64,000 nt of DNA from a virus: positions 1 to 64,000 of the IMG/VR virus record IMGVR_UViG_3300045988_160113, one strand, 5' to 3'. This document shows, in pieces, positions 51,678 to 63,019 of this stretch. The notes beneath the pieces are model-generated. The model was not told the origin of the DNA, did not search any database, and worked only from the letters and a program-made list of their open reading frames with translations. The translations under genes were made by a program, and so were the position numbers. Every line of letters begins with the position of its first letter. Position 1 is the stretch's first letter.

Positions 51678-53205
51678 ACTGGGACCTCCGCACGTTCTTC
51701 TTTGATTACTGCGGTTCCATCATCATTGACATCTAGAATTTGGACAATACGATGTCCCGGAGTATTTTTATACATCTTAGCAATAAAACTATCGTCTTGA
51801 CGAATACCAGTAATAATAAGTTTGTTGCCACGAGAAAACATACTTTTTTCAATAACTTTCTTTTTACCAGTAGTGGGGTCTTTCATAGAAATTTGTCGGT
51901 CATATTCACTAAATACACCATAAATTTTTACTGTAACTACTCCACTTTTTGTTAAAAGTTCTACTGTTTTCTTTTGTTTATTTTTATCAAGAACAGTACC
52001 GGCAATCTTGACTAATTTAAACATTGGGATAGTTTTTCCTTCGCGTGTAGTAAAAACTCGTTCAATTTCTGGCTCTGGTCCAAGACTTTGAAAATCAACA
52101 ATGCCATAATAACGGTCTTTTAGTTTGGCAAGTTCATGTTCATGAGAATAGAAACTAACGCTATCCATTTCCCATTTACTAATTGAACCTTTACAATATT
52201 TATCCCAAACTTCTTGAACAAGTTGTTCATTCAAAGTATCAAGTAACGTTTCATTATTTTTTTTGATATAAGAACGAACATTATCCATATATTTCTGATA
52301 AATATTATCCCATGTTTTTTGTCCAATTATCGCAGTCGCGCCATCGGAGGAATAATTGAGCAAATCGGTATCAAAATGAGATTGATAAAATTCAAGAGGA
52401 TAATCAATCAATTTGAAATTTGTTTCATCTTTACAATATTTTTTCAAATATTTATTGAAATTATATACCTTGATTTCAAATTCAAATTCACGTGGAATAA
52501 GATTATGGTTTATTAGCATTTGCATATTTTGAAGAGTAATACGTTTTTTCTTATCTGCAATACTATCAACATACTCAGACATAACAGTTACACGGTCTTC
52601 ACAAATCGAATCAAATGCGCCACTTTTGATAAGATTTACTACTTGAGGTTTAGTTAGTTTGTTCTTAGAGAGAAAGTCTGATAAATCAGAATAAGGACGA
52701 TTAGCCATAATTTGTTTTACAAGGTCTTCACCAATACGAGTAATACCACTAAGGCCATAGCGGATAGTATTAGTCTCAACATCAGGAGAAAAAGTATAAG
52801 TTGAGCGATTGATATCCGGTGGTGTAATATCTACACCCTCTTGACGAATTTTACCAATGGCCGTTGCTATTTTACCATAATTGGTTGTTTTGGCTTTCTT
52901 TTTCTTTTTCCCATTTTTTAAGACTTTTACTTCTACTGGATAACCATCACAATCTTCATCTTCGTCATAAGAATCTTCTACATCAGATTCATCATCTTCT
53001 GTAAAATCTTCCATTTCATTATAATACTCTTCATCCAGACAATTATAAACATTATCATCTTCCTCAGTTTCTTCAACTTCGTTACCACCTGCATCATTTA
53101 TAAGACAAGCACAATTCCAAAAAATGATAGGATAATTGTGAGCAAGATTCATTTCTTGCAAGGCAACAAGACTATAAGCCAAGGTATGTGCACGGCAAAA
53201 GCTAT
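51674..53205 (-). CDS. dnaE: DNA polymerase III alpha subunit, exon 2
   Basis: The frame is open upstream of the called ORF to 53205. It begins (Y)SFCRAHTLAYSLVALQEMNLAHNYP, the conserved DnaE G-Y-x-F-N-K-S-H segment. An OB-fold-like C-terminus follows. Confidence 0.8.
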
Positions 53206-54286
53206 CACGTTAATCCATTATTTCTAATGGCGTAGACTATATTTTAACCCGTATATAAAATACGTCAATATCTGTTTCGAACCGCGTATCAATAGCGGCC
53301 CTACTCTCGGCTTGACCCGAGATAGTCGTTACAGGCTTGAACGCAATGGATAATGTAATGAATTATCTTTATATGACTCGCCGTTATTTATACGACGGAC
53401 TGTTATAGCAGAAACATTAGTTTTAGCAATGATTTCCTCATTACTTGCGCCATCCAACAACATTTTTTGAATTTCAATGGCTCTTTGTTTTCCAGAAGAT
53501 ACTTTCCTGAGAGGATAATCTGTTTTATCATCTTTCCATAAAGAACCAGAATTTATTTTCTTTATTGTTGAATAACTAATTCCTAATTGTTTTGCTAATT
53601 CTTTCATTGGAATAGAAGAATTTATGAGTAAATCTTTTATATAAAATATTTCATCTTTATCTTTATAATACTTACATAAAGGATACATTTCATTATCTTC
53701 TCGATAATATACCCCATGATTAATGGCACTAATATGTGATATACTTATTCCATATTTTTGTTTTATTTCATCAAAAGATACTTTATTCTTTATAGCAGTT
53801 TTTATTTCTTGGATATTTTCTTCATATAAAGAAGATATTGGAATTTCTTCACCGCCTCTTGTAAGATTATAACCACCTTGATTATCGCCAACAAAAGTTT
53901 TTAGTTGTTCTATCCAAAATTGTTCTGCTTTATTTATATCTTCTGTATCTTCTAATTCTTGTAATATGGAGAATATGAAATTTTCTTCTCCATACTCTCT
54001 TAATTTTCTATGGAATAAATAATTATATTCTTTACTTAGCGGATTATTAGCATTGCTTCTGTGTTCTCTTTTTCTCCGTTCTAAGTTATTGGTCTTACCA
54101 ACATATTTATGACCATTTATTTTATTTGTATAACAGTAAATATAATTCATTTTTTATCCTCCTGATTCATTCCCACGGAATTATCTTTCTTACATATATA
54201 AGTGAAGATTTTCCCGTTAGCCTCTACAAATTTGAGACCCCGATGATGAATCGGAAAAGATATTTGATAGGGCAAGTTTTTCGTTC
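53206..54286 (-). mobile_element. group I intron with a GIY-YIG homing endonuclease ORF inside dnaE
   Basis: Splicing GGG-U | AU-AGC restores ...VQRGYSFCRAH... in frame (exons total 4038 nt). The internal guide GCCCU (in CTTGCCCTAT, about 15 nt into the intron) pairs with exon AGGGU through a terminal G-U pair. A G precedes the 3' splice site. Confidence 0.8.
53329..54150 (-). CDS. GIY-YIG homing endonuclease (intron-encoded)
   Basis: MNYIYCYTNKINGHKYVGKTNNLERRKREH, followed by repeated HTH-like modules (ISHISAINHG, YSTIKKINSG, AITVRRINNG). Confidence 0.8.
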   Translation of the reverse strand: MNYIYCYTNKINGHKYVGKTNNLERRKREHRSNANNPLSKEYNYLFHRKLREYGEENFIFSILQELEDTEDINKAEQFWIEQLKTFVGDNQGGYNLTRGGEEIPISSLYEENIQEIKTAIKNKVSFDEIKQKYGISISHISAINHGVYYREDNEMYPLCKYYKDKDEIFYIKDLLINSSIPMKELAKQLGISYSTIKKINSGSLWKDDKTDYPLRKVSSGKQRAIEIQKMLLDGASNEEIIAKTNVSAITVRRINNGESYKDNSLHYPLRSSL

Positions 54287-56792
54287 ACCCTCTTTGGACT
54301 CTAAGAAGTACGTCCCATACATAATGAACTAATTTCATTTCGCAACCTTTTTCTTCGGCATTTTTGAAATATTCTTGTTCACATTCCTCAAATAACTTAC
54401 CTTGTTTTTTTGCAATTGCTTTACGACATTTATCAGCAAATGAAAGGTCATTACCACCAAGTCTTGGTTCTTGGAGAAGCTGCATTAGTCCTTCTTGTGA
54501 TTCACAAATACCAGAATTAATAGCTGGACTTTTACTTAACCATTCAATTTGCTCTTCCGTTAGTCCATAATCGCGCATTTCATCATACCATTCATTTATA
54601 TTATTACGGTAACGTGCCCACATATCAAGAGGTTGCTCTGCTCCTTTTTCTGGAGCCATAAGACGAATAACAGAGTTAAGAACCGCAAGCTCATCAACTG
54701 AATGTGGTTTCGCAAGAGCAATACCGCTAATGCCTGACTGTTTTTCCATTTGAAATAGAGAAAGAATTTTATGCTTCAAAACCATTTCCCACATATCAGG
54801 ATTAGTTCTGTCAAGTTTATAAAGACCAATAGCATTTTCATAAGTTTCGCGTAATGTTGCTTTTCTCTCTACTAAACCAGCATCACAAAGTAAGTCAAGG
54901 CAGTTATGAATTTTATCCATAGCTTCAACAGAAAGAGCATCAATTTTAATCAAAGATACCTTTTCAGCATCATGTAATTCAAATTGAGTACAAATAGTCC
55001 CATCTGGTGCGCGCATAAGTGCTGTTGAGTTTGTAAAAGGTTCATCAACAAAAATAACACCACCAGCATGAAGACCAGAGCCACAAATAAGCCCTTCAAT
55101 ATTTTGTGCAACCTGCCAGAGTTCTGGATAATTATTCGTCATTTCATTGACAAATTGTTTTATTGGTGGCCAATTATTTTCTTCATCACCATAAAAACAT
55201 TGAGATAAACTTCTCAATTGCCCGCGGTCTGCGGGGATAAGAGAAGCGATATATTGTGCAATATCAACATCAATTCCTAATCCACGCGCGGCAGTAAGAA
55301 TTGCCGACTTTGATTTTTCTGTTCTAAAGGTTGCAACATTTGCTACATAATCTTCACCATAAACTTTACGAAGATGCTGAAGAACTTGTGCACGACGTCC
55401 ACCTTCAATATCTGTATCAATATCAAGAACAGATTCACGTTTTGGATTAAGAAAACGCCAAGGATATGTTTTGGTTGTTTCTCTTAATGTATCCATCTGA
55501 ATAACATCAAGACAATACAACAAAAGAAAACCACCACCAGAACCACGCGCAGGACCAACGATTGTGCCTGCATTCCAAAATTCATCAATATTACGCTGAA
55601 GATTTAGATAGTAAGCACTCCATCTTGCCTTATTTACTTCAGAGGATTCCCAAGTTCTTTGGAGATTATCTTCCAAATCTTCGAATGCTTCTTCATTTTG
55701 TAAATCTGGATGAAGTTTGATACCATCAAGAATTGCATCAACAAGATAACGGTCACTTTTATATTTTGAATTGTAAAATTTTTCAAGAGTTGGCATCAAC
55801 TTGAATGCTTCTTGATAATCATAAGTTTCTCCAAGTAAAGGACGCCAAAGTAACTCTGGAATACGAAGAGGACGACGTAAACTAAATTCTTCACATTTAT
55901 CAATAATTTCATTGATTGAATTATAAGCATTATCAAGTTCTTTTCTTGAAAGTGATAAATGATTTTCTAGTTCTTCTGTTCCCATCATATAAGTAGTCAT
56001 ATAAAAGGCATCTACTTCACGGTCACCATCCTGAGCATTAAGATAAGCTTTATGAATTAAACGGTCTTCCTTTTTAAGATAATGACTATCAGTTGTGATG
56101 ATATATTTAAAGCCTTGCTCTTTTGCAAAGTTAATTAAAAGTCTGTTTGCTAAAGTTTGTTCATTTGTTGCACTTGGCTGTAATTCTATATAAAAATTAT
56201 CTTTACCAAAAATATTACCTATTTGAGTTGCCCAATTTACAATTTTATTATATAATTCAATATTTTTAGTTTGCTCGTATTTTAATAATTGCTTTGGTAA
56301 ACAACCACCTAAACAAGCGCTTGAAGCAATAACATGGCCTGGATTAGCTCCAATAATATCAATAAGGTCTTGATAATAAGTAGGAACACGTCTCATTCCT
56401 CGTCCCATATAAGAACGCTTCCAAGCACGAGTAGAAATTTCCATAAGTTGTTTTGCGCCTTCGCGGTCACGTGCTAGAAGAATAAAATGGTAATAGCTAT
56501 CAAAATCTTTGTTAAAATTTTCTGCGTTTAGTCCATTTCTACAAAGATAAATCTCATTACCACGAATGACTTTGAAGTCTGGATGTGTCTTATGAATTTT
56601 ATCAGCATATTCTTCAACTTTTACCCAAGATGAAATGCATTCATGGTCAGTAATTGCTACTGCACGATGGCCAAGTTGAATAGCATAATCAATTAGATTA
56701 TTTTCTTTAATGATACAATCACGGAGACGAATATTTGAGTATTGTGTATGATTATGAAGACTACCTGGGTATGTTAAGTTTTGAGTATTCAA
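54287..56792 (-). CDS. dnaE: DNA polymerase III alpha subunit, exon 1 (PHP and polymerase core)
   Basis: TTG start after AAGGGGG. PHP motif SLHNHTQYS...AITDHE. The ORF-track stop at 54285-54287 is created by the intron. Confidence 0.85.
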
Positions 56793-56858
56793 AGATTAGC
56801 CCCCTTTTATTTTCTATAATAATTATAGCACAAAATCATCAAAAAGTCAAATTACTTA

Positions 56859-58586
56859 TTAAAATCCATAAGTATCATCTAATACTTCATAATCTTCAAT
56901 AAAAATTTGTGGAGTTAGATTACCCATCCATTCATTAACATTTGGTTTACCAATAACATTTAATTTTATCTGTTCATATTTTTCTAAGTCTTCAATCAAT
57001 TCTTTTGCATGAAATTTCATATAAGCAATTCCATTTTTAGTGATTTTTACAGTATTTTTATCTTTTCCTAGAATTTGAACATCTTGTTTAGTAATATTTA
57101 AATCACCAATATAAATTAATGGCTCTTGATTACCTTGACCCCAAACATTTTCATATCTGTGTAAATCAAAAATAATATCTTTAATATCTGATTCTGCGGC
57201 ATAACGAACAAAATTTACATCGTAAACACCTTCACCAAAATCAATATTTTCTAACTCTTCATCTGTATACTCCAGAAAATCTTGTAATTTTGATTCCTTC
57301 AAACATAAACCATGAGCACCTTCATGGCCAAGTGCCCATTCAAAATAACCCGTATCCAAAAAGAAGGTTTTCAAATTAGGAATTTTCGAATTAGCAACAT
57401 TTCGAGCACTTCCTTTTATTTCACCCTGTTTATTACAACGAGCTACAATAGTTGGCTTTTTATATTTAGCCGCGCATTTCATGGCAACTAATCCATTTAG
57501 TTCTGATGGAAAATTATCTTCATCTGTTAGCTCAATAAATAATATCTTATGACTAAGTAAATCATTCTCAATAATTTTTTGGTCAATTTGAGCAGTAATT
57601 TGGTCAAGTAGTCTTCCTTGGCGCGCCTTAGCATTAGTACATTCTCTTATACTTTCTAAAGATGCAAACTCTTCCGTTCCTGCGGCTCCGCGCTTATGAC
57701 TTGGAATCATTTTTCTACCATCAACAAATGCCCAAAATAAACGTTCTTTTTCTTCTTGGGTTCCAACTCGAATCATTGCATTAATGAGAGGGACTATATA
57801 GAAAGCGACTGTCATTGGATTTACTTTACCATTCATTGAATATGCTTGACGGTCAATAATATCAAGAAAAAATTTATTGCGAATATTAGATAGACCTTTT
57901 GTAACGATATATCTATTTTCTAATTCTTTCATATCCATCATATCACCTATTTCTGCGAGTGCAGCGAGGTCGAGATAATTATTAGCATAGTAATATCCAT
58001 ACTTACAATCATAATAGTTTAGAAATTGATAAACCATTCCTCCGCCGCAAAGGTCTTTATTTTTATAGTCGCGCGAAGCCTGATTGTTTATAATTACACA
58101 ATATTTAGATACTTCTGTTTCAAGAATATGATGGTCAATAACTAGTGTTTTTATTCCATTTTCACCAAGTCGTTCGATGTATTCAAAATCATTGCTACCA
58201 GCATCGGCAATAAGACAGAGTCCATAATTTGTTTCAGAGTCAAGAATTTCGTCAATCTTATCAGATAGGCCATGTTGTTTACCACTGTGAAAAAGGACAT
58301 CTATGTGCGCCTCCGGTGAAATTTGTTTGATGTATTGATAAAGCATACTACATGAACAGTATCCATCGGTATCGCAATCAGTAATTGTAATAATATTTAC
58401 TTTTGCTTCTTCTACTGCCCAATGAAGTAGACTTACTGCTTCATTTATATTGTCTAAATCAGAAGAATCTTGGAGACAAAAACTATCTGGTTGAAGGAAA
58501 TGTTCAATATTTGTCACTCCTCGCGCGCGAAGTAAATTTTCTCCATAGTCCTTTCTAAAATTTTCATTTACTAAATTATAATTCAT
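56859..58586 (-). CDS. RecJ-like DHH-family exonuclease
   Basis: 575 aa. DHH motifs ITDCDTDGY, ADAGSND, VIDHHI. Confidence 0.7.
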   Translation of the reverse strand: MNYNLVNENFRKDYGENLLRARGVTNIEHFLQPDSFCLQDSSDLDNINEAVSLLHWAVEEAKVNIITITDCDTDGYCSCSMLYQYIKQISPEAHIDVLFHSGKQHGLSDKIDEILDSETNYGLCLIADAGSNDFEYIERLGENGIKTLVIDHHILETEVSKYCVIINNQASRDYKNKDLCGGGMVYQFLNYYDCKYGYYYANNYLDLAALAEIGDMMDMKELENRYIVTKGLSNIRNKFFLDIIDRQAYSMNGKVNPMTVAFYIVPLINAMIRVGTQEEKERLFWAFVDGRKMIPSHKRGAAGTEEFASLESIRECTNAKARQGRLLDQITAQIDQKIIENDLLSHKILFIELTDEDNFPSELNGLVAMKCAAKYKKPTIVARCNKQGEIKGSARNVANSKIPNLKTFFLDTGYFEWALGHEGAHGLCLKESKLQDFLEYTDEELENIDFGEGVYDVNFVRYAAESDIKDIIFDLHRYENVWGQGNQEPLIYIGDLNITKQDVQILGKDKNTVKITKNGIAYMKFHAKELIEDLEKYEQIKLNVIGKPNVNEWMGNLTPQIFIEDYEVLDDTYGF

Positions 58587-59650
58587 TAGGTTACTATCAC
58601 TCTCTTTTTAAATAATTCTTCAAATACTTCCTTTCCTCTATCAACTGGGCTATCTTTTAAACCTAATAGTCCTTCTCTATCATATATAAAAGAGAAATTA
58701 TAGTATTGTTTATATTTGTTACAAATAGAATATAATTTATTAAAATACTCCTCACCCTTACTAGATGCTGGAAAATCATATTCTTTATCAAAAGCTATAA
58801 TTACTTCTGCAGCTTTAGTATATTTCAATAAAAGGTCAAGTTGAGTTTTGTGTAAATTGCTACCACAAACAGCAACACAATTATTATTACGATAAAAATC
58901 GTTATATTTAAGACAAGATTTTTCTCCTTCAACCACAATAACTCGTTTCGTTTTATCTATTGCTTCACGTGCAAGATTAAGACCATATAAGTTTAGGCCA
59001 AGAGGATGAGAATACCATTTATTCTCAAGTTTTATAGGCATATACTTACCAAATTCTTCTATTTCTTCTTTGTTAAGTGCGCGACCGCGTATTCCAACAA
59101 GTTCTCCATTTATATCATAATGGGGAATGATAATTTTATTTTGTGATATTGAATATTTTATATCGTATTTAGCCATAGATTCTTCACTGATACCTTCGAG
59201 TAACCACTCGGTAGGTAAATCATCAGAAAAAATAGAGAGAATGTTTTTTGGATAAGTAGGAAGTTGGATATTTTTATTTTTACGCACATATTTTTCTTTT
59301 TGAGATTTATATTTAGGAGTATTGAACCTTGATAATGTAGAAACATTAGTTAGATTAGATAAAAGACAATATACATCTTTATACCAATCATAAGGAATAT
59401 TGCGAGTTTCATAGTAGTGTTTGAGAAAATTGAATGGAGATAATGTCCCATCCTCGCTATAACATACAAATAAATGGCTATCATAGTAATAATATAATTT
59501 CATACTTCCATCTTCTACATTATGACAAATGGTATTGGTAATAAGATATGAATCTTTTTTTATTACTTCTTGTGCGCCAAGTTTATAAAGCAATGATTCC
59601 ACAAGTTCTGGAGTTAGAGCATCTGTTATTTCTTGATAAAGTAAACTCAT
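58586..59650 (-). CDS. dnaG: DnaG-type primase (TOPRIM)
   Basis: 354 aa. TOPRIM VIVVEGEKSCL and IIAFDKEYD. Adjacent to the helicase gene. Confidence 0.7.
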   Translation of the reverse strand: MSLLYQEITDALTPELVESLLYKLGAQEVIKKDSYLITNTICHNVEDGSMKLYYYYDSHLFVCYSEDGTLSPFNFLKHYYETRNIPYDWYKDVYCLLSNLTNVSTLSRFNTPKYKSQKEKYVRKNKNIQLPTYPKNILSIFSDDLPTEWLLEGISEESMAKYDIKYSISQNKIIIPHYDINGELVGIRGRALNKEEIEEFGKYMPIKLENKWYSHPLGLNLYGLNLAREAIDKTKRVIVVEGEKSCLKYNDFYRNNNCVAVCGSNLHKTQLDLLLKYTKAAEVIIAFDKEYDFPASSKGEEYFNKLYSICNKYKQYYNFSFIYDREGLLGLKDSPVDRGKEVFEELFKKRVIVT

Positions 59651-61377
59651 AACAGTCCTCCAAATAATTCGCCGTTTTTATTATTTTCTTCTACTACTTT
59701 TTCCCAATAATAAGGAGATTGTTTATCCATTTCTTCTTCACTGTCTTCTATTTCTGTGCTTTCATCATGCGCACTGTCCAAATTACTGTCTTGCTGTATG
59801 CTAAAAGTTTGCTCTGCGCGCGGAGGGATAGAATGGCTAGAATTTAGATGACGAACAAAATCATCATATTGACCGTAATTATCATCAAAATTGACTTCCA
59901 TAATAGGAACTTCAATTTCTTTGATATTTGAATCTGTAACAAATACATCACTCCTACGACAAGTTCCTAGATCAACATTAGACCAAATTTTTAGATTAGT
60001 CCATTTACCTCGACGAACTTTATAGACATCATAGACTTGAGTAGGCATACCATACTTTGCTACATAAGGAGCAATTTGGTCTCGTTGGTCATCTGGAACT
60101 AAACCACCAATCATTGCGATATCTGCTTTATCAACAATACTTTTAGAACCTCTTATTGAGTTTTGATTCTTGATACCTTTTTCATTTGTATCTTGACTAC
60201 TATTTAACTGAGTTGCACTCATCATAAAAACATCTTGTTCTACTGCTAAATCTTTTAAAGCTGTAGAAAGCATAAGTAAAGCAACATCTTCACGAATTTT
60301 CAAATCTCTAAATTCATTTAGCAATGCTGGATTAGAAAAAATATAGTCAAAAAATACATTTTTAATATCGTTTATAATACAATTCTGTCTGACTACTGAT
60401 TTTACAATTTCTACTGATGGCATTGGAATTTGAACAATCATTAAATTATTTTTATATTTTTTAATCACTTCTTTTGCTTCTTCAATAATTGTTTGTTGTT
60501 CTTTGGTAAAATGTCCATAAAGAATAACATCTTCATTAATGCCAGTTAAATAAGCAACAATCATAGTTTGAATTTCTTCTTTAGTTTGCTCAGTAGCAAT
60601 AAATAAAGTTTTTTCAGAATTTCCTGTTATTTTCCATTCCATAGTTTCCCAACTATATCTCATTGGAAAAGCAAGATAACAAGCTTCACCAAGTAATAGC
60701 CTTGTCTTGCCTCCTCCACTTGGGAAGCTAACAATATAATATTTTCCCTTTCGCGCGCCACGAGTAACTGTATTGAAATACTTACCTTGAAATCGCGCTC
60801 CCGCATCAGGAGAATTTTTCAATTTTTCTAATAGTTCATCAATACCAACAGAAACGTCAGTAGTAATTGACGCATCTCCTTCAACATATTCTCCCTCAAC
60901 CTTATAAATTCTTCTCTTTAGTCCATCAAAAATATCTTTTGGTTTCAAAGTCTCGAATTTCTGATTGATTTCAAATTGTTTTGGATTTAATTCATTTTCT
61001 TCATAGAATTCCGAAATATCAAAACCACTTTTTTTCAAATCTTTCAAGCAATTGAATTTCTTTATTCTATTATAATAATACTCAAAATTCTCCGGTGTGC
61101 TCATGTCAAGAGCATCTTGTAAATAGCTAATACCATTATTTTGTTGGAACAATAAATATTGGTCTTTATGCTCCATCAAATAATTATCTATATCAATCTC
61201 ACTCAAGGTTTGAGCGCCATTGTTATAAGAATTTAGTATTGCTATAAAAATATATCTTTCAAATCTACTCTCAAAATCATTTGGTTGTAGATTATATTTA
61301 TCCTTTTCACTCAATAAACTTGGCTTCTTCATAAGTGAGCCAATGACTTGTAAAACTGCATTTTTATCAGAGAGCAA
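59647..61377 (-). CDS. dnaB: DnaB-family replicative helicase
   Basis: 576 aa. DnaB-like N-terminal domain (AVLQVIGSLMKKPSLL). Walker A SFPSGGGKTRLLLGEA. TTG start. Confidence 0.8.
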   Translation of the reverse strand: MLSDKNAVLQVIGSLMKKPSLLSEKDKYNLQPNDFESRFERYIFIAILNSYNNGAQTLSEIDIDNYLMEHKDQYLLFQQNNGISYLQDALDMSTPENFEYYYNRIKKFNCLKDLKKSGFDISEFYEENELNPKQFEINQKFETLKPKDIFDGLKRRIYKVEGEYVEGDASITTDVSVGIDELLEKLKNSPDAGARFQGKYFNTVTRGARKGKYYIVSFPSGGGKTRLLLGEACYLAFPMRYSWETMEWKITGNSEKTLFIATEQTKEEIQTMIVAYLTGINEDVILYGHFTKEQQTIIEEAKEVIKKYKNNLMIVQIPMPSVEIVKSVVRQNCIINDIKNVFFDYIFSNPALLNEFRDLKIREDVALLMLSTALKDLAVEQDVFMMSATQLNSSQDTNEKGIKNQNSIRGSKSIVDKADIAMIGGLVPDDQRDQIAPYVAKYGMPTQVYDVYKVRRGKWTNLKIWSNVDLGTCRRSDVFVTDSNIKEIEVPIMEVNFDDNYGQYDDFVRHLNSSHSIPPRAEQTFSIQQDSNLDSAHDESTEIEDSEEEMDKQSPYYWEKVVEENNKNGELFGGLL

Positions 61378-61382
61378 TTATT

Positions 61383-61976
61383 TCACCACTCTTCAATATT
61401 ATAAATTTCCTTTTTTCTTTCTTTCTCCATACGAGGAACGATAAGCATAGTTTCTTTTGGTTTTTCTTTACTAATAGAAGCTTCTATTTCTTTCTGCTTT
61501 TTATCAAGCATCTCATAATATTTCATTGCATTATCATAAATAAAAGGAAGAATACCTATGCCACCCTTAGATTTAGAATAATCTCCATGTTGAACTTCAT
61601 AGAAATATTTGAAAGCCTTATACATATTTTGTAAAGTCCAGCCCTCATTTTCATGCTTATTTAACATTTTAGTAAGTTGGTCTTTTACTTTTTGAAAATC
61701 CATTTCTTTATGAAATTTTTCTTTGATATATCTATACATAGCATCAGCACAAAGATGGATTTGTTCTTCGCGCGCAGAAGCGTCTTTTAGAGGAGATTTT
61801 GCCATAACTTTATTACGGTCTTTTTTCTCTTCATAACATTTTACATGATAATACCATTTTTTTGGATACTGTACATAATCATATCCATCAATGCCACCTT
61901 TAGGGATAAGTTTGCCACACCAGCGACATTTCCAATAACCATTTTTATAATTTTTATTATCTAATTTCTCTGTCAT
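61383..61976 (-). CDS. zinc-finger hypothetical protein (replication-module accessory)
   Basis: 197 aa. CRWCGK...HVKC. Confidence 0.5.
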   Translation of the reverse strand: MTEKLDNKNYKNGYWKCRWCGKLIPKGGIDGYDYVQYPKKWYYHVKCYEEKKDRNKVMAKSPLKDASAREEQIHLCADAMYRYIKEKFHKEMDFQKVKDQLTKMLNKHENEGWTLQNMYKAFKYFYEVQHGDYSKSKGGIGILPFIYDNAMKYYEMLDKKQKEIEASISKEKPKETMLIVPRMEKERKKEIYNIEEW

Positions 61977-62035
61977 AAGAACACCTTTCCATATAGACCA
62001 AATGGGTGAGAGATTACTCCCTCACCCTAATTATA

Positions 62036-63004
62036 TCAAAGCTCTTTCATTCCAGAGATAACAAGCTCAAATAGGTCTTGCTGAGAAGAAGTAATTTCAG
62101 AAAGCTTAATGGGACGGTCAAAAATCTTTTCGGCAATTGCCATAATTCTTGCCGCATTATTTGGGTCTTTATCAATTAACTCCTTCCAAAGTTTCTCTGC
62201 TTCTGCTCGAACTTCTTCAAAAGAACGAACAGGCTCTTCAACTTTTTTGTCATTGTTATCTACTACAGTGGCTCCATGTTTTGCTTCCTCTTCAATAGCA
62301 TTAGCAAGTGCTTCAGTAAGTTCCTGATATCCAAATGGGATACGTGCAGGAAGATACTTGAATCGGCTACCTGCCTGTACCGAAGGCGTAGAACGAGTAT
62401 ATAGATAACGATGAGCTTCACCATTTTCATCAAACTGAATACCAATATAACCAATAATATCAACTAATTGGTTAATAATGGCCGCACCACGTTTAGGAAG
62501 AGCTGGACCAATAATAGTTACATCTTCACCCTTATCATTTTTAATAACTTTTTCCTCGCTATGGGCAATAATAATCAAACCATAACCCATAAGAGTAATC
62601 TGACGAAGAGCATCTTCAAATTCACGCTTACAAGCAGTAAAACCTTGACCCCAAGGGATATCATTGATTTTACTTACATTGTTCTGTGTGCAAATAAATT
62701 TTTCACAAAGTTCCCATGCAATGCCAACTGTATCAATGGTAACCGTGTGATACATTTCTTTGGCCTTAACACTTGCTAACTGCTTTAGAACAGTTTTGAA
62801 TTCAGACCATTTAGTAATATCTTGAGCATGGATACCTGCAATACCATTATAACCTCTCTCAAAAGCAAGAAGAAGATTATTAGGAGCCTGAGCAGCAAAA
62901 GAAGTCTTTCCTGCCTTTGGCTGGCTATATAAGCAGATATACTTTCCTCTAAGGTCACGGCTGATAGTAGTAGGCGCAATATTTAAAATATCAATTACTG
63001 CCAT
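62036..63004 (-). CDS. Sak4-like / AAA_24-type RecA-fold ATPase
   Basis: 322 aa. Walker A YSQPKAGKTSFA and Walker B-like LIIIAHSEE. Confidence 0.65.
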   Translation of the reverse strand: MAVIDILNIAPTTISRDLRGKYICLYSQPKAGKTSFAAQAPNNLLLAFERGYNGIAGIHAQDITKWSEFKTVLKQLASVKAKEMYHTVTIDTVGIAWELCEKFICTQNNVSKINDIPWGQGFTACKREFEDALRQITLMGYGLIIIAHSEEKVIKNDKGEDVTIIGPALPKRGAAIINQLVDIIGYIGIQFDENGEAHRYLYTRSTPSVQAGSRFKYLPARIPFGYQELTEALANAIEEEAKHGATVVDNNDKKVEEPVRSFEEVRAEAEKLWKELIDKDPNNAARIMAIAEKIFDRPIKLSEITSSQQDLFELVISGMKEL

Positions 63005-63019
63005 TACTACTTACCTCCC

